The notes beneath the pieces are model-generated. The model was not told where the DNA came from. It saw nothing but the letters and a program-made list of their open reading frames with translations, and did not search any database. Shown here in pieces: positions 36,090-46,138 of a DNA stretch of 64,000 bases (its first letter is position 1; every line of letters begins with the position of its first letter). The DNA comes from Escherichia phage HY01, in sequence record NC_027349.1, one strand, 5' to 3'. The translations under genes were made by a program, and so were the position numbers.

Positions 36090-36117
36090 AAGCCCCAACC
36101 TTTCGGTCGGGGCTAAG
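36090..36117 (-). terminator. Rho-independent terminator hairpin (GCCCCGACC-GAAA-GGTTGGGGC) plus U5
   Basis: Strong GC stem followed by TTTTT on the minus strand; ends the small-RNA/tRNA transcription unit. Confidence 0.55.
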
Positions 36118-36122
36118 CCTTG

Positions 36123-36420
36123 CGGCAACCTTGTCGGGGTTCCACCTGCTAAGGCAAGTGTTTGTACGAAACGCCGGGATTCGAACCCGGTTATTAAGCA
36201 GTTGACGCTACTCAATATTTTTAAAAGGCCATATCTCGACCATATCCGAACGTTCCGTCAAAAACGCTACTCGGCTTACGGCAAAGATATTTCCTCGAAT
36301 CGATAATTCGGTGCGCCGTTTCTGTTGTGATAGTAAAGAATCAGAACACAGTAAAACTGTGGGAGAAACTATACTCCAGGGAACATCAGTCCGACGACTT
36401 ACCGGTAGCGACCCGGTTTC
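36123..36420 (-). ncRNA. Putative small stable RNA(s) with tRNA-like acceptor/T-arm (resembling T4 species 1/2 RNAs)
   Basis: No credible ORF. Minus-strand sequence has a canonical T-arm CCGGGTTCGAATCCCGG flanked by a 7-bp acceptor-like stem (CGGAACG/CGTTTCG), but the internal region is too long for a canonical tRNA. Confidence 0.35.
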
Positions 36421-36771
36421 TTAGTATTCTTTTAAAGCATCAACCTGTTCACGACGTTTACGCCATAAATCAATTACTTCATACGCAGATTCAGCATTTC
36501 GAATTGGACGGCATTTATATAAAGACTTATGATTTTGATATTGTGTAGATAACGGAATTTTATCTAAAAGGTCTTTACGTTCAAAATATTCGTAACCATC
36601 TAAACCAAATGAACGATTTTTGAGAAATTGCCAATGACCATATTCGTTTTCGACATAAACATAATCTGCATGCTGATAAAGTAAATTAATTACACGTTCA
36701 GAAATAACAGTGTCATTATGATTAAAATAGAATGTTAAATCATGAACTACTAAATAAACATTACCTTTCAT
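36421..36771 (-). CDS. Hypothetical protein (116 aa) embedded in the tRNA/small-RNA region
   Basis: ORF track. Confidence 0.5.
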   Translation of the reverse strand: MKGNVYLVVHDLTFYFNHNDTVISERVINLLYQHADYVYVENEYGHWQFLKNRSFGLDGYEYFERKDLLDKIPLSTQYQNHKSLYKCRPIRNAESAYEVIDLWRKRREQVDALKEY

Positions 36772-36787
36772 ATTTTCCTCACTTAAT

Positions 36788-36863
36788 TGGTCGAGGCAGT
36801 AGGGATCGAACCTACGACCTAGGACTTAGAAGGTCCTTGCTCTTCCTTCTGAGCTATGCCTCG
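36788..36863 (-). tRNA. tRNA-Arg (anticodon UCU)
   Basis: Manual fold of reverse complement: 7-bp acceptor, anticodon loop CUUCUAA, T-loop GGTTCGATCC, encoded CCA. Confidence 0.8.
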
Positions 36864-36867
36864 GATT

Positions 36868-36942
36868 TGGCGGACGTGATAGGATTCGAACCTATAACCA
36901 ATCGCTTAACAGGCGATCGCTCTGCCATTGAGCTACACATCC
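36868..36942 (-). tRNA. tRNA-Asn (anticodon GUU)
   Basis: Manual fold: acceptor GGATGTG/CACGTCC, anticodon stem ATCGC/GCGAT, loop CUGUUAA, T-loop TTCGAAT, CCA. Confidence 0.75.
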
Positions 36943-36946
36943 AAAT

Positions 36947-37033
36947 TGGTGGGGAGTGATGGAGTCGAACCACCCGAGTCGCAATGACAATGGATTTACA
37001 GTCCACACCGCTACCTCTACGGAATAACTCCCC
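36947..37033 (-). tRNA. tRNA-Tyr (anticodon GUA), long variable arm
   Basis: Manual fold: acceptor GGGGAGT/ACTCCCC, anticodon loop CUGUAAA, long variable arm, T-loop TTCGACT, CCA. Confidence 0.7.
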
Positions 37034-37042
37034 AAATTAATT

Positions 37043-37117
37043 TGGTGGCCCTGGGTGGAATTGAACCACCATCTGGCGATTATGAGTCGCTTGCTTGAAC
37101 CTTCCAGCTACAGGGCC
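37043..37117 (-). tRNA. tRNA with anticodon CAU (Ile-lysidine or Met)
   Basis: Manual fold: acceptor GGCCCTG/CAGGGCC, anticodon loop CUCAUAA, CCA; T4 tRNA-Ile also carries a CAU-derived anticodon. Confidence 0.7.
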
Positions 37118-37118
37118 T

Positions 37119-37195
37119 TGGTGCTGATTGACGGAATCGAACCGCCGACCTTCTCATTACAAGTGAGTTGCTCTACCTACTGAGCTAAATCAGCA
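37119..37195 (-). tRNA. tRNA-Thr (anticodon UGU)
   Basis: Manual fold: anticodon loop CUUGUAA, T-loop GGTTCGATTCC, CCA. Confidence 0.75.
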
Positions 37196-37199
37196 AAAC

Positions 37200-37289
37200 T
37201 GGCGGAGGCGATAGGATTCGAACCTATGAGTCGCCGGAGCGACTGCCGGTTTTCAAGACCGGTGCATTAAACCACTCTGCCACGCCTCC
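37200..37289 (-). tRNA. tRNA-Ser (anticodon UGA), long variable arm
   Basis: Manual fold: acceptor GGAGGCG/CGCCTCC, anticodon loop CUUGAAA, long variable arm, CCA. Confidence 0.75.
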
Positions 37290-37295
37290 AAATAT

Positions 37296-37946
37296 TTATA
37301 TATTGTTAATTTGATTTAGAATTCTTTTTGCTTGAGTATGACTTACGCCAATATGCTTAGCATATTTAGATAATTCACCACGCTTAGAAAAATCATATAA
37401 TTTAGAAATTTCTATTCTTCTTTTTCTTTCATCCGCAGAAACTTTTGCTTCGTTTGCTTTTGCTATTTTACGTTTAGCTTCTTGAGAATGAGTTTTACCA
37501 GCAAAGCCATTCTTCATTAATCCATTTGAAGACCATCCTTTTAATTTTCCGTTAGAATGTGCCTTTTTAACACCCAATGAAATTAATTCGCGTTGCTGAT
37601 CTGTCATAGGATAATTATTTATATGGTCCCATCCACCTTCACCTCCAAGTTTTAAATTATACACATCTGGTCTATTTAAAAACTCTTCTGTGACAATATT
37701 TTTCTCGGCTTCAAGCATAGATTCTTTATCATCAAAATACTCTAATATTTCTTTAGAAAAATTTTCTATACCATATTTATCTTGGGCTCTTTTTAATAAT
37801 TTACCAGAACCCATATATCCATCATCTAAATTTTCGGTAGAATGCACACCAATATAAATTTTATTATTAATTTTATTTGTTATTTTATAAAGATAAAAAT
37901 GCATATCAGTCCCTAATAAAGAACTGAGCGTCTCACGACGAGTCAT
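37296..37946 (-). CDS. segB: GIY-YIG homing endonuclease SegB-like
   Basis: 216 aa; GIY-YIG module YLYKITNKINNKIYIGVHS...GYMGSG; embedded in the tRNA cluster, as reported for T4 segB. Confidence 0.8.
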   Translation of the reverse strand: MTRRETLSSLLGTDMHFYLYKITNKINNKIYIGVHSTENLDDGYMGSGKLLKRAQDKYGIENFSKEILEYFDDKESMLEAEKNIVTEEFLNRPDVYNLKLGGEGGWDHINNYPMTDQQRELISLGVKKAHSNGKLKGWSSNGLMKNGFAGKTHSQEAKRKIAKANEAKVSADERKRRIEISKLYDFSKRGELSKYAKHIGVSHTQAKRILNQINNI

Positions 37947-37949
37947 AAA

Positions 37950-38024
<75 letters not shown>

Positions 38025-38029
38025 AAATT

Positions 38030-38118
38030 TGGTGCGAGAAGTGGGACTCGAACCCACAAGGAAATCATTCCGCAGCATTTTAAGTGCTGTGCCTTTACCA
38101 ATTTGACCATTCTCGCGC
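38030..38118 (-). tRNA. tRNA-Leu (anticodon UAA), long variable arm
   Basis: Manual fold: anticodon stem CAGCA/TGCTG, loop CUUAAAA, long variable arm, CCA. Confidence 0.75.
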
Positions 38119-38190
38119 TGGGAATAAAGGACTTGAACCTTTGCATCCTGGAATCAAAATCCAGTGCCTTACCAACTTGGCTAATTCCCA
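38119..38190 (-). tRNA. tRNA-Gln (anticodon UUG); 3' CCA not encoded, directly abuts tRNA-Leu
   Basis: Manual fold: acceptor TGGGAAT/ATTCCCA, anticodon stem CTGGA/TCCAG, loop UUUUGAU; matches the T4 Gln-Leu dimeric precursor arrangement. Confidence 0.75.
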
Positions 38191-38287
38191 ATTATTAACA
38201 AAGGCTCTCAAACAAGAACCCTTGATGATAGAGGGTATTAATCAGTGCGGTATGAGTTAATAATAACAAATAATTCTTAAAGCATAT

Positions 38288-38575
38288 TTACCATTTATGA
38301 TAATACATATTTACGATGCAGTCAAGACCTAAAGGATTCTTGAAAATATCATATTCAAGAGGACCTTTTTCCGTTTCAATAAAGAAATCAAAGTTAACTG
38401 TGTTAAATTTACGGTCTTCCTTCACTAATTTAACTTGAGAAGATGAACGGTCAATGTAAACCTTTTCAACTTCAAAATATGTTAAAATGCCGTAATCATC
38501 AATCAAGGCTTTAGCTGCTTCTTGATCATATTTATATCCATTTTCAATGGATGATACTTTCGCATAAAGAATCAT
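38288..38575 (-). CDS. Hypothetical protein (95 aa)
   Basis: ORF track. Confidence 0.5.
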   Translation of the reverse strand: MILYAKVSSIENGYKYDQEAAKALIDDYGILTYFEVEKVYIDRSSSQVKLVKEDRKFNTVNFDFFIETEKGPLEYDIFKNPLGLDCIVNMYYHKW

Positions 38576-38577
38576 TA

Positions 38578-39000
38578 TCAGCCTTCATCAACAATAGTAT
38601 GAGTATGGGCATTTACAATTTGCCACCAGTCAAAACGATTAGAACCATACATCGGTTTATTTTCATTTTCTTTAATAATATCACGAAGTTCATCTTCGGT
38701 AGCGGCTTTCGCGATTAAATCAGCATATCCACCACGAGGATAATAATTATCACCTGCAAAAAGTAAAAAGTTTGGTTTAATATTATTGAACTCTTCAAGA
38801 GTAATAACTGTTCCTGATGGGAGTTGAACAATCTCTACATATTTATATCCCAATTTTTGAGCAGCATCTACTGCTTCAAGCAAAGTATCATGAGCCCGTC
38901 CTATTTGACAATTCGGCTTTTTAGATGGATTAGCCTGATAATCCGCATACACTTTATACATTCTATTCACCTTTAGAAATTTTATCCATAACGATAGCAA
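38578..39000 (-). CDS. Hypothetical protein (140 aa by track; probable start at internal Met near 38961)
   Basis: ORF track. Confidence 0.5.
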   Translation of the reverse strand: MLSLWIKFLKVNRMYKVYADYQANPSKKPNCQIGRAHDTLLEAVDAAQKLGYKYVEIVQLPSGTVITLEEFNNIKPNFLLFAGDNYYPRGGYADLIAKAATEDELRDIIKENENKPMYGSNRFDWWQIVNAHTHTIVDEG

Positions 39001-39148
39001 TTAAACCAATTAAAAATGCTACTACAAGTGAAAACACATTTTCTGCTGTAGTTAATAATCCGCATATAAATCCAGCAAACATTGAAAAACTAAAAGCGGA
39101 AGCAGAAATTGCAATAGCAACATTTCGAATTAATTCACAACGTTTCAT
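38963..39148 (-). CDS. Small membrane protein (about 61 aa)
   Basis: Track ORF 38963-39352 overlaps ipI and a promoter; trimmed to internal Met MKRCELIRNVAIAISASAFSFSMFAGFICGLL, which follows promoter and RBS GAGGAG. Confidence 0.4.
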   Translation of the reverse strand: MKRCELIRNVAIAISASAFSFSMFAGFICGLLTTAENVFSLVVAFLIGLIAIVMDKISKGE

Positions 39149-39176
39149 TTTATTCTCCTCGGTAGTTGATAGGGTA

Positions 39177-39206
39177 ATAGTATCACTACTAAAACCCTGT
39201 GTAAAC
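39177..39206 (-). promoter_or_regulatory. T4-type early promoter (GTTTAC / TACTAT)
   Basis: Minus-strand GTTTAC 39206-39201, TACTAT 39182-39177, conserved leader and upstream element. Confidence 0.5.
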
Positions 39207-39224
39207 AACTTTGTGAAATATTTA

Positions 39225-39512
39225 TTACAAAAGATTTTTAGCAATAATCTTGAGATGTGCCGCAGAAATGTGTTTAGCTTTAAACAACGCAGTTTCTTCA
39301 GCAGGAGAGATAATGATTGTAGCACCATCCTTTTTAGCAGACCACCCATCACCTAGGTAAACAGTACCTTTGATTTCTTCGCCATCAACCAAGCTAATCA
39401 TTGGTTTACCTTCTCGTCCTTTATTTGCTTTAATAACTTCAGAAGTAAGAGTAGCTTCGGTAATGGTAGAAACCGGGGTAGTTGTAGAAGTAAACTCTTT
39501 GAAAGTTTTCAT
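39225..39512 (-). CDS. ipI: Internal protein I-like capsid-targeted protein
   Basis: 95 aa (length of T4 IPI precursor); N-terminal capsid-targeting sequence MKTFKEFTSTTTPVSTITEATLTSE with L/I-x-E sites; position upstream of 57B. Confidence 0.7.
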   Translation of the reverse strand: MKTFKEFTSTTTPVSTITEATLTSEVIKANKGREGKPMISLVDGEEIKGTVYLGDGWSAKKDGATIIISPAEETALFKAKHISAAHLKIIAKNLL

Positions 39513-39542
39513 TTTATTTTCCTAATTAATTTTGATGAGATA

Positions 39543-39572
39543 ATAGTATCACTACCTCATCAGCATGTAAAC
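39543..39572 (-). promoter_or_regulatory. T4-type early promoter upstream of ipI
   Basis: Minus-strand GTTTAC 39572-39567, TACTAT 39548-39543. Confidence 0.5.
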
Positions 39573-39584
39573 AACTTTGTGAAA

Positions 39585-40281
<697 letters not shown>

Positions 40282-40282
<1 letters not shown>

Positions 40283-40995
40283 TATAGTACCTTTAGTGTA
40301 TTTTTAATTTTAGAAAAAAGTTCTTCAAGAGAACCATCGTTTGTAATTACTAAATCGCCATCACGAATTGGCAATCCAGCTTCTGTAATGTGTGTATCAT
40401 TGGATTTTTGACCAGGACGAACTACATGAATTACTGTAGCACCCATCGCCCTAGCCGCATCCATTTCATGATCTTGACGAGTATCAGGAACGATATAATA
40501 ATCATAACCTGAGTTAAATTTATCAAGATAATCTAAAGCAAATAATTTTACCCAATACATGCGGTCGAAGTTATTAACAATCAAATCCGTACCTAGGGCT
40601 TGCATCAGACGACGGACTGACCATTGATCTTCAATAGTATTTATAACGTCAGCAATCTTGTTAAATGCTACGAAATTAACTGCGTCATCAAAAACAAACA
40701 CACCTTTAATTGGGCTTTTACTATTAAGATAGCAAAATGCTTGTTCCATAATCGTAATTACTTCTAATTTAGTCAGATTTAAATTAGTTTCACGATCATA
40801 GTCAATTCCTTCAAACTCTTTACGAGTTAAACAAGGATAGTCAGTGTTTGCTGCAAATACGCCCCATGCATAAGCCAATGCATCCTTAATAGGACCAGCA
40901 AGTTGATATTTAACTGCAGAATAATTATTCATGATAAAATCTGCAGTAGTATCTTTTCCACTACGCTTTACACCACTTAAAAAGATTAGTTTCAT
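40282..40995 (-). CDS. 1: Deoxynucleoside monophosphate kinase gp1
   Basis: 237 aa; P-loop GVKRSGKDT; position. Confidence 0.92.
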
Positions 40996-41044
40996 ATGTT
41001 TCTCCTCAAATTTAGTTAAGATTATAACACATGAAACTGAAGCA

Positions 41045-41575
41045 TTAAACTTCTGCTATAATTTTACCATCTTTTTCTACTTGAAAATACGTATAAGGAA
41101 TCGTTGCTGTACATACTAAAGCTGGGTCTGAATCTTCAGTGTAGCTAAATTCTACTTCAGACAGGTCAGAAACCCAAGGCTTATAAAAGTTTATTGACAT
41201 CACGATTTCAGTTTTACTATTATCTAAAATGTAAAGCGTAATGTATTCAGGACCTGTTTTTTGGGCAGTATTTTCGCCTGTAAGATAGTTACTAGTTCCT
41301 AGCATCCATTCATACATTCCTATCCACGACTTAAGCTCTTCATCAACTATAAATCTCACGATGAGTGGATCGTACTCAAATGTAACTCCTGGACGTTGTG
41401 CTCGGCCTAGTCCAAACGGCCCAGTCACGGTATCAGTAACAGGTATTCTAATTCCCGGAATAGGAACTGATTGAGCATTTAAAGTAAAAGCAGATGTAGT
41501 ATTACTATGTGGTATTGATACTACAAAGTTAGTTGTATTTGCTTGGTTAAAAATTTGTTGTAGTGCTTGCGACAT
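41045..41575 (-). CDS. 3: Tail completion / sheath stabiliser gp3
   Basis: Track ORF is 203 aa; start at internal Met MSQALQQIF gives 176 aa as in T4 gp3. Confidence 0.85.
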   Translation of the reverse strand: MSQALQQIFNQANTTNFVVSIPHSNTTSAFTLNAQSVPIPGIRIPVTDTVTGPFGLGRAQRPGVTFEYDPLIVRFIVDEELKSWIGMYEWMLGTSNYLTGENTAQKTGPEYITLYILDNSKTEIVMSINFYKPWVSDLSEVEFSYTEDSDPALVCTATIPYTYFQVEKDGKIIAEV

Positions 41576-41681
41576 ATATTCCTCATAATGCTTTATAAAT
41601 GTTGGTGGTATAATGGGTCTAAGTCCCTTCCATTCAATTCCAATTAGAATAAACAATAGAAAAGAATGGAAGATAATAGAA

Positions 41682-42506
41682 TTAGATATTTGACCAGACT
41701 TTGTTTGCAGAGAAACGTTTTCCTTTTGAAACGAACTGCTGAAGTGGCATTAACACAACGTTCGCCCAGTCTTTCGGGGCGATTTCAACAAGGCTACCCA
41801 TAATATTACCGGGTATATATGCCTTAATCATTTGGTCTGCACCCCTAAATCCTTTCACTTGACTCCAATCAATTTTTAATTTCGTTTTATTAGTAATAGT
41901 AGGTGTATTTGAATATTGCTTTAAAAGCTCTTCTAAAAATTGCTGACGAGCTTTAGGTGGAATATAGTGCAAGTTCAATCCGTACATTAAATTATGTTTA
42001 CCTAAACCAAGGTAAATTATCAAAGGAAATTTATCCCAGTAAGGAAGAGTTTCCTTGTGTTTAGCATCATAAGCAAAAGCATATATTCGTCCCGGCTGCG
42101 GGCGAACAACTTTATGTCCTTTTACTTGCTTAATAGTTTCAGCAAACCACTTTCTGGTTTTATTATTAATTGCTGCGCCTTCATTACGAATTTTATCACG
42201 CAATGTTTGCCTGAATGAATTTATCATAAGCAGTTGTCTTTCTTGCTTATTGAGTTTATTCATTGGTTTTGATTCAAGCTTTTGAATCTTTTCAGCTGTT
42301 TTAATTCCTGAAGCATATTTTGACATTGCTGAAGTAAACGTAGAGTATTTGATTCCTCTTTCTTCGGCAAATTGCTTTCCTGTCATTCCTTTTGCTTTGG
42401 CCTTTCTGTATTCAAGACCTATCTGAATCCATTTCTTTTCGTTTAATGATTGCTTAACCTTTGGAACTTGGGGAGTGCTTTCATTAATTATTTGAAAAAT
42501 AGCCAT
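41682..42506 (-). CDS. 2: DNA end protector gp2
   Basis: 274 aa as T4 gp2; position. Confidence 0.9.
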   Translation of the reverse strand: MAIFQIINESTPQVPKVKQSLNEKKWIQIGLEYRKAKAKGMTGKQFAEERGIKYSTFTSAMSKYASGIKTAEKIQKLESKPMNKLNKQERQLLMINSFRQTLRDKIRNEGAAINNKTRKWFAETIKQVKGHKVVRPQPGRIYAFAYDAKHKETLPYWDKFPLIIYLGLGKHNLMYGLNLHYIPPKARQQFLEELLKQYSNTPTITNKTKLKIDWSQVKGFRGADQMIKAYIPGNIMGSLVEIAPKDWANVVLMPLQQFVSKGKRFSANKVWSNI

Positions 42507-42958
42507 TATGCCCCCTTAAAGCCAAGAGCTCGTAATCCATCTTCTGTTAGAATTCTAAATTTTATTCCACGCTTTTCAGCTAAAGCTTGTGCTGCTTTCC
42601 ATTTGTCAGTATTAACGGAATATGTATAAATTTCATTCATAAATCTTTTCTTCGCTGCAGTTGTTAGATGTGCTGGTTTAACTGGTGGTTGTGTTTCTTT
42701 TTTAGGTTTTATTTCAATAAAAAATTCTTGACCAGAAGAATCTTTCATCCAAATATCCATGAAGTATCTACGTTTTTTCCCTTCTGCATTACAAAAATAA
42801 GGAATTACTGCTGTTTCACTACCCCATGCAATAATTTCTGGATTTTTATCTAACCATTCAAAAAAGAATTTTTCCCAATTTGATCTATACGTAATTTTTT
42901 TAGGGTCACCTCTATATTTTGATATATTTTTAGGAACCCATTTTCCAGAATATGCCAT
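42506..42958 (-). CDS. 4: Head completion protein gp4
   Basis: 150 aa as T4 gp4; position. Confidence 0.9.
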   Translation of the reverse strand: MAYSGKWVPKNISKYRGDPKKITYRSNWEKFFFEWLDKNPEIIAWGSETAVIPYFCNAEGKKRRYFMDIWMKDSSGQEFFIEIKPKKETQPPVKPAHLTTAAKKRFMNEIYTYSVNTDKWKAAQALAEKRGIKFRILTEDGLRALGFKGA

Positions 42959-42969
42959 TGGATTCTCCT

Positions 42970-42977
42970 TATAAATA
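42970..42977 (+). promoter_or_regulatory. Late promoter box TATAAATA for gene 53
   Basis: Exact TATAAATA about 29 nt upstream of the gene 53 ATG at 43006. Confidence 0.5.
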
Positions 42978-42984
42978 GATAATA

Positions 42985-42992
42985 TATTTATA
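42985..42992 (-). promoter_or_regulatory. Late promoter box TATAAATA for gene 4
   Basis: Plus-strand tatttata, about 27 nt upstream of the gene 4 ATG. Confidence 0.5.
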
Positions 42993-43005
42993 AACAGGAG
43001 GGCCC

Positions 43006-43596
43006 ATGCTCTTTACATTTTTTGATCCGATTGAATATGCGGCCAAAACGGTGAATAAAAACGCGCCGACTATTCCTATGACAGATATTTTTAGAAACTA
43101 TAAAGACTATTTCAAACGTGCTCTTGCGGGATACCGCTTACGTACTTATTATATTAAAGGTTCACCACGCCCGGAAGAATTAGCAAATGCTATATATGGA
43201 AATCCGCAGTTGTATTGGGTTTTATTGATGTGTAATGATAATTATGATCCGTATTATGGATGGATTACTTCGCAAGAAGCTGCTTATCAAGCATCTATAC
43301 AAAAATATAAAAACGTAGGTGGAGACCAAATAGTATATCATGTGAATGAGAACGGTGAAAAATTTTATAATTTAATATCATATGATGATAATCCATATGT
43401 TTGGTATGACAAAGGTGATAAAGCTAGAAAATATCCTCAATATGAAGGAGCACTTGCTGCGGTCGATACGTATGAAGCTGCTGTTCTTGAAAATGAAAAA
43501 CTTCGTCAAATAAAAATAATAGCAAAATCAGACATCAATTCATTTATGAACGACCTTATACGTATAATGGAGAAATCTTATGGAAATGATAAGTAA
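43006..43596 (+). CDS. 53: Baseplate wedge protein gp53
   Basis: 196 aa as T4 gp53; first plus-strand late gene. Confidence 0.9.
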   Translation: MLFTFFDPIEYAAKTVNKNAPTIPMTDIFRNYKDYFKRALAGYRLRTYYIKGSPRPEELANAIYGNPQLYWVLLMCNDNYDPYYGWITSQEAAYQASIQKYKNVGGDQIVYHVNENGEKFYNLISYDDNPYVWYDKGDKARKYPQYEGALAAVDTYEAAVLENEKLRQIKIIAKSDINSFMNDLIRIMEKSYGNDK

Positions 43597-45307
43597 TAAC
43601 CTTAATTGGTTTGTTGGTGTTGTTGAAGATAGAATGGACCCATTAAAATTAGGTCGTGTTCGTGTTCGTGTGGTTGGTCTGCATCCACCTCAAAGAGCAC
43701 AAGGCGACGTAATGGGTATTCCAACTGATAAATTACCATGGATGTCAGTTATTCAACCTATAACTTCTGCAGCAATGTCTGGAATTGGAGGCTCCGTTAC
43801 TGGTCCGGTAGAAGGAACTAGAGTTTATGGTCATTTTTTGGACAAATGGAAAACTAACGGAATTGTCCTTGGCACGTATGGTGGAATAGTTCGCGAAAAG
43901 CCTAATAGACTTGAAGGATTTTCTGACCCGACTGGACAGTATCCTAGACGTCTAGGAAATGATACTAACGTATTAAACCAAGGTGGAGAAGTAGGATATG
44001 ATTCGTCTTCTAATATTATTCAAGATAGTAATCTAGACACTGCGATAAATCCTGATGATAGACCGCTATCAGAGATTCCAACTGATGATAATCCAAATAT
44101 GTCAATGGCTGAAATGCTTCGCCGTGATGAAGGATTAAGACTAAAAGTTTATTGGGATACTGAAGGATATCCGACAATTGGCATTGGTCATCTTATCATG
44201 AAGCAGCCAGTTCGTGATATGACTCAAATTAATAAAGTTTTATCAAAACAAGTTGGTCGTGAAATTACCGGAAATCCAGGTTCTATTACAATGGAAGAAG
44301 CGGTAACTTTATTTGAACGCGATTTGGCTGATATGCAACGTGACATTAAATCACATTCTAAAGTTGGCCCAGTTTGGCAAGCAGTTAATCGTTCTCGTCA
44401 AATGGCATTAGAAAATATGGCATTTCAGATGGGTGTTGGCGGTGTAGCTAAATTTAACACAATGTTAACTGCTATGTTAGCCGGAGATTGGGAAAAGGCA
44501 TATAAAGCTGGTCGTGATTCATTGTGGTATCAACAAACAAAAGGCCGTGCATCCCGTGTTACCATGATTATTCTTACCGGGAATTTGGAATCATATGGTA
44601 TTGAAGTCAAAACACCGGCTAGGTCTTTGTCAGCAATGGCTGCTACTGTAGCAAAGTCTTCTGATCCAGCTGATCCTCCTATTCCGAATGATTCGAGAAT
44701 TTTATTTAAAGAACCTGTTTCTTCATATAAAGGTGAATATCCGTATGTTCACACAATGGAAACTGAAAGCGGTCATATTCAGGAATTTGATGATACCCCT
44801 GGGCAAGAACGATACAGATTAGTTCATCCGACTGGAACATATGAGGAAGTATCGCCTTCAGGAAGAAGAACAAGAAAAACTGTTGATAATTTGTATGATA
44901 TAACAAATGCTGATGGTAATTTTTTGGTAGCTGGCGATAAAAAGACTAACGTCGGTGGATCAGAAATTTATTACAACATGGATAATCGTCTTCACCAAAT
45001 AGATGGAAGCAATACAATATTTGTACGTGGCGATGAAACTAAGACGGTTGAAGGTAATGGAACTATCCTAGTCAAAGGTAATGTTACTATTGTAGTTGAA
45101 GGTAATGCTGACATTACAGTTAAAGGAGATGCTACCACTTTAGTTGAAGGAAATCAGACTAATACAGTAAATGGAAATCTTTCTTGGAAAGTTGCTGGGA
45201 CAGTTGATTGGGACGTTGGTGGTGATTGGACAGAAAAAATGGCATCTATGAGTTCTATTTCATCTGGTCAATACACAATTGATGGATCGAGGATTGACAT
45301 TGGCTAA
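43580..45307 (+). CDS. 5: Baseplate hub/central spike with lysozyme domain gp5
   Basis: 575 aa; internal lysozyme motif LRLKVYWDTEGYPTIGIGHL; C-terminal beta-helix VxGxxxxx repeats. Confidence 0.95.
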   Translation: MEMISNNLNWFVGVVEDRMDPLKLGRVRVRVVGLHPPQRAQGDVMGIPTDKLPWMSVIQPITSAAMSGIGGSVTGPVEGTRVYGHFLDKWKTNGIVLGTYGGIVREKPNRLEGFSDPTGQYPRRLGNDTNVLNQGGEVGYDSSSNIIQDSNLDTAINPDDRPLSEIPTDDNPNMSMAEMLRRDEGLRLKVYWDTEGYPTIGIGHLIMKQPVRDMTQINKVLSKQVGREITGNPGSITMEEAVTLFERDLADMQRDIKSHSKVGPVWQAVNRSRQMALENMAFQMGVGGVAKFNTMLTAMLAGDWEKAYKAGRDSLWYQQTKGRASRVTMIILTGNLESYGIEVKTPARSLSAMAATVAKSSDPADPPIPNDSRILFKEPVSSYKGEYPYVHTMETESGHIQEFDDTPGQERYRLVHPTGTYEEVSPSGRRTRKTVDNLYDITNADGNFLVAGDKKTNVGGSEIYYNMDNRLHQIDGSNTIFVRGDETKTVEGNGTILVKGNVTIVVEGNADITVKGDATTLVEGNQTNTVNGNLSWKVAGTVDWDVGGDWTEKMASMSSISSGQYTIDGSRIDIG

Positions 45308-45836
45308 TATACTTCCAATGAGCGCTGATTTAGGAGAATCCATGGAAGGTTCTTCTATCGACGTCACCTTTACCGCTCAATTAGAAACAGGTGAAACGTT
45401 AGTATCTATAAATATAACTAGTTACGAAGAAACTCCTGGGGTTTTAGTAGAAGAAAATCGTTTATATGGAACGTATGAATCTGTATTTGGATTTGGAAAT
45501 GATGCGTTGAAATATCGTTTAGATAATGAATTTAAAACTGCTGCTTCATGGGAAGAACTTCCAACTGATTCTAACACTCAGTTATATTTATGGAAAGCTC
45601 CTCAAAACCTCCAGAAGACATTCACTTACGAAGTAACATTAATATATGACTATCAAGAACAAGGTGAATCTGGAGGTTCTGGCAGTAATTCTAGGTCATC
45701 TTCTGATACTACTGAACCGACGAATCCTCCAGCTCCAATAAGAAAAACTCTTGTTAAAAATTATACAAAAACTATAGTTGGAAATTGGAGTCGTTGGGCT
45801 AATAAATTGAGAAGCTACGTGTATGAGAGGCCATAA
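45279..45836 (+). CDS. gp5.1-like baseplate-region protein (start uncertain)
   Basis: Track ORF 185 aa overlapping the gp5 3' end; likely starts at an internal Met (45315 or 45339). Confidence 0.6.
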
Positions 45837-46130
45837 ATGTCAGGATTAAGTTATGATAAGTGTGTTACTGCCGGCCATGAAGCATGGCCTCCAACAGTTG
45901 TGAATGCTACGCAAAGTAAAGTATTCACTGGAGGAATTGCTGTTCTCGTAGCAGGTGATCCAATTACAGAACATACAGAAATTAAAAAGCCATATGAAAC
46001 ACATGGCGGAGTGACACAACCTAGAACTTCTAAGGTATATGTCACTGGAAAGAAAGCTGTTCAAATGGCTGATCCAATATCATGCGGTGATACAGTGGCT
46101 CAGGCATCATCTAAAGTATTCATTAAATAG
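45837..46130 (+). CDS. 5.4: PAAR-repeat spike-tip protein gp5.4
   Basis: 97 aa; sequence and length match T4 gp5.4 as recalled. Confidence 0.85.
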
Positions 46131-46138
46131 GATTTAAA

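Noticed and set aside
37290-37949. tRNA-Pro expected between tRNA-Gly and tRNA-Ser
   Set aside because: The interval is fully occupied by segB with under 10 nt of flank on either side, and I found no Pro-type anticodon stem-loop elsewhere in 36100-38290. This rests on a manual scan.
38963-39352. 129-aa version of the small membrane ORF
   Set aside because: The long form overlaps ipI by 128 nt and runs through an early promoter; trimmed to the internal Met that follows the promoter and RBS.
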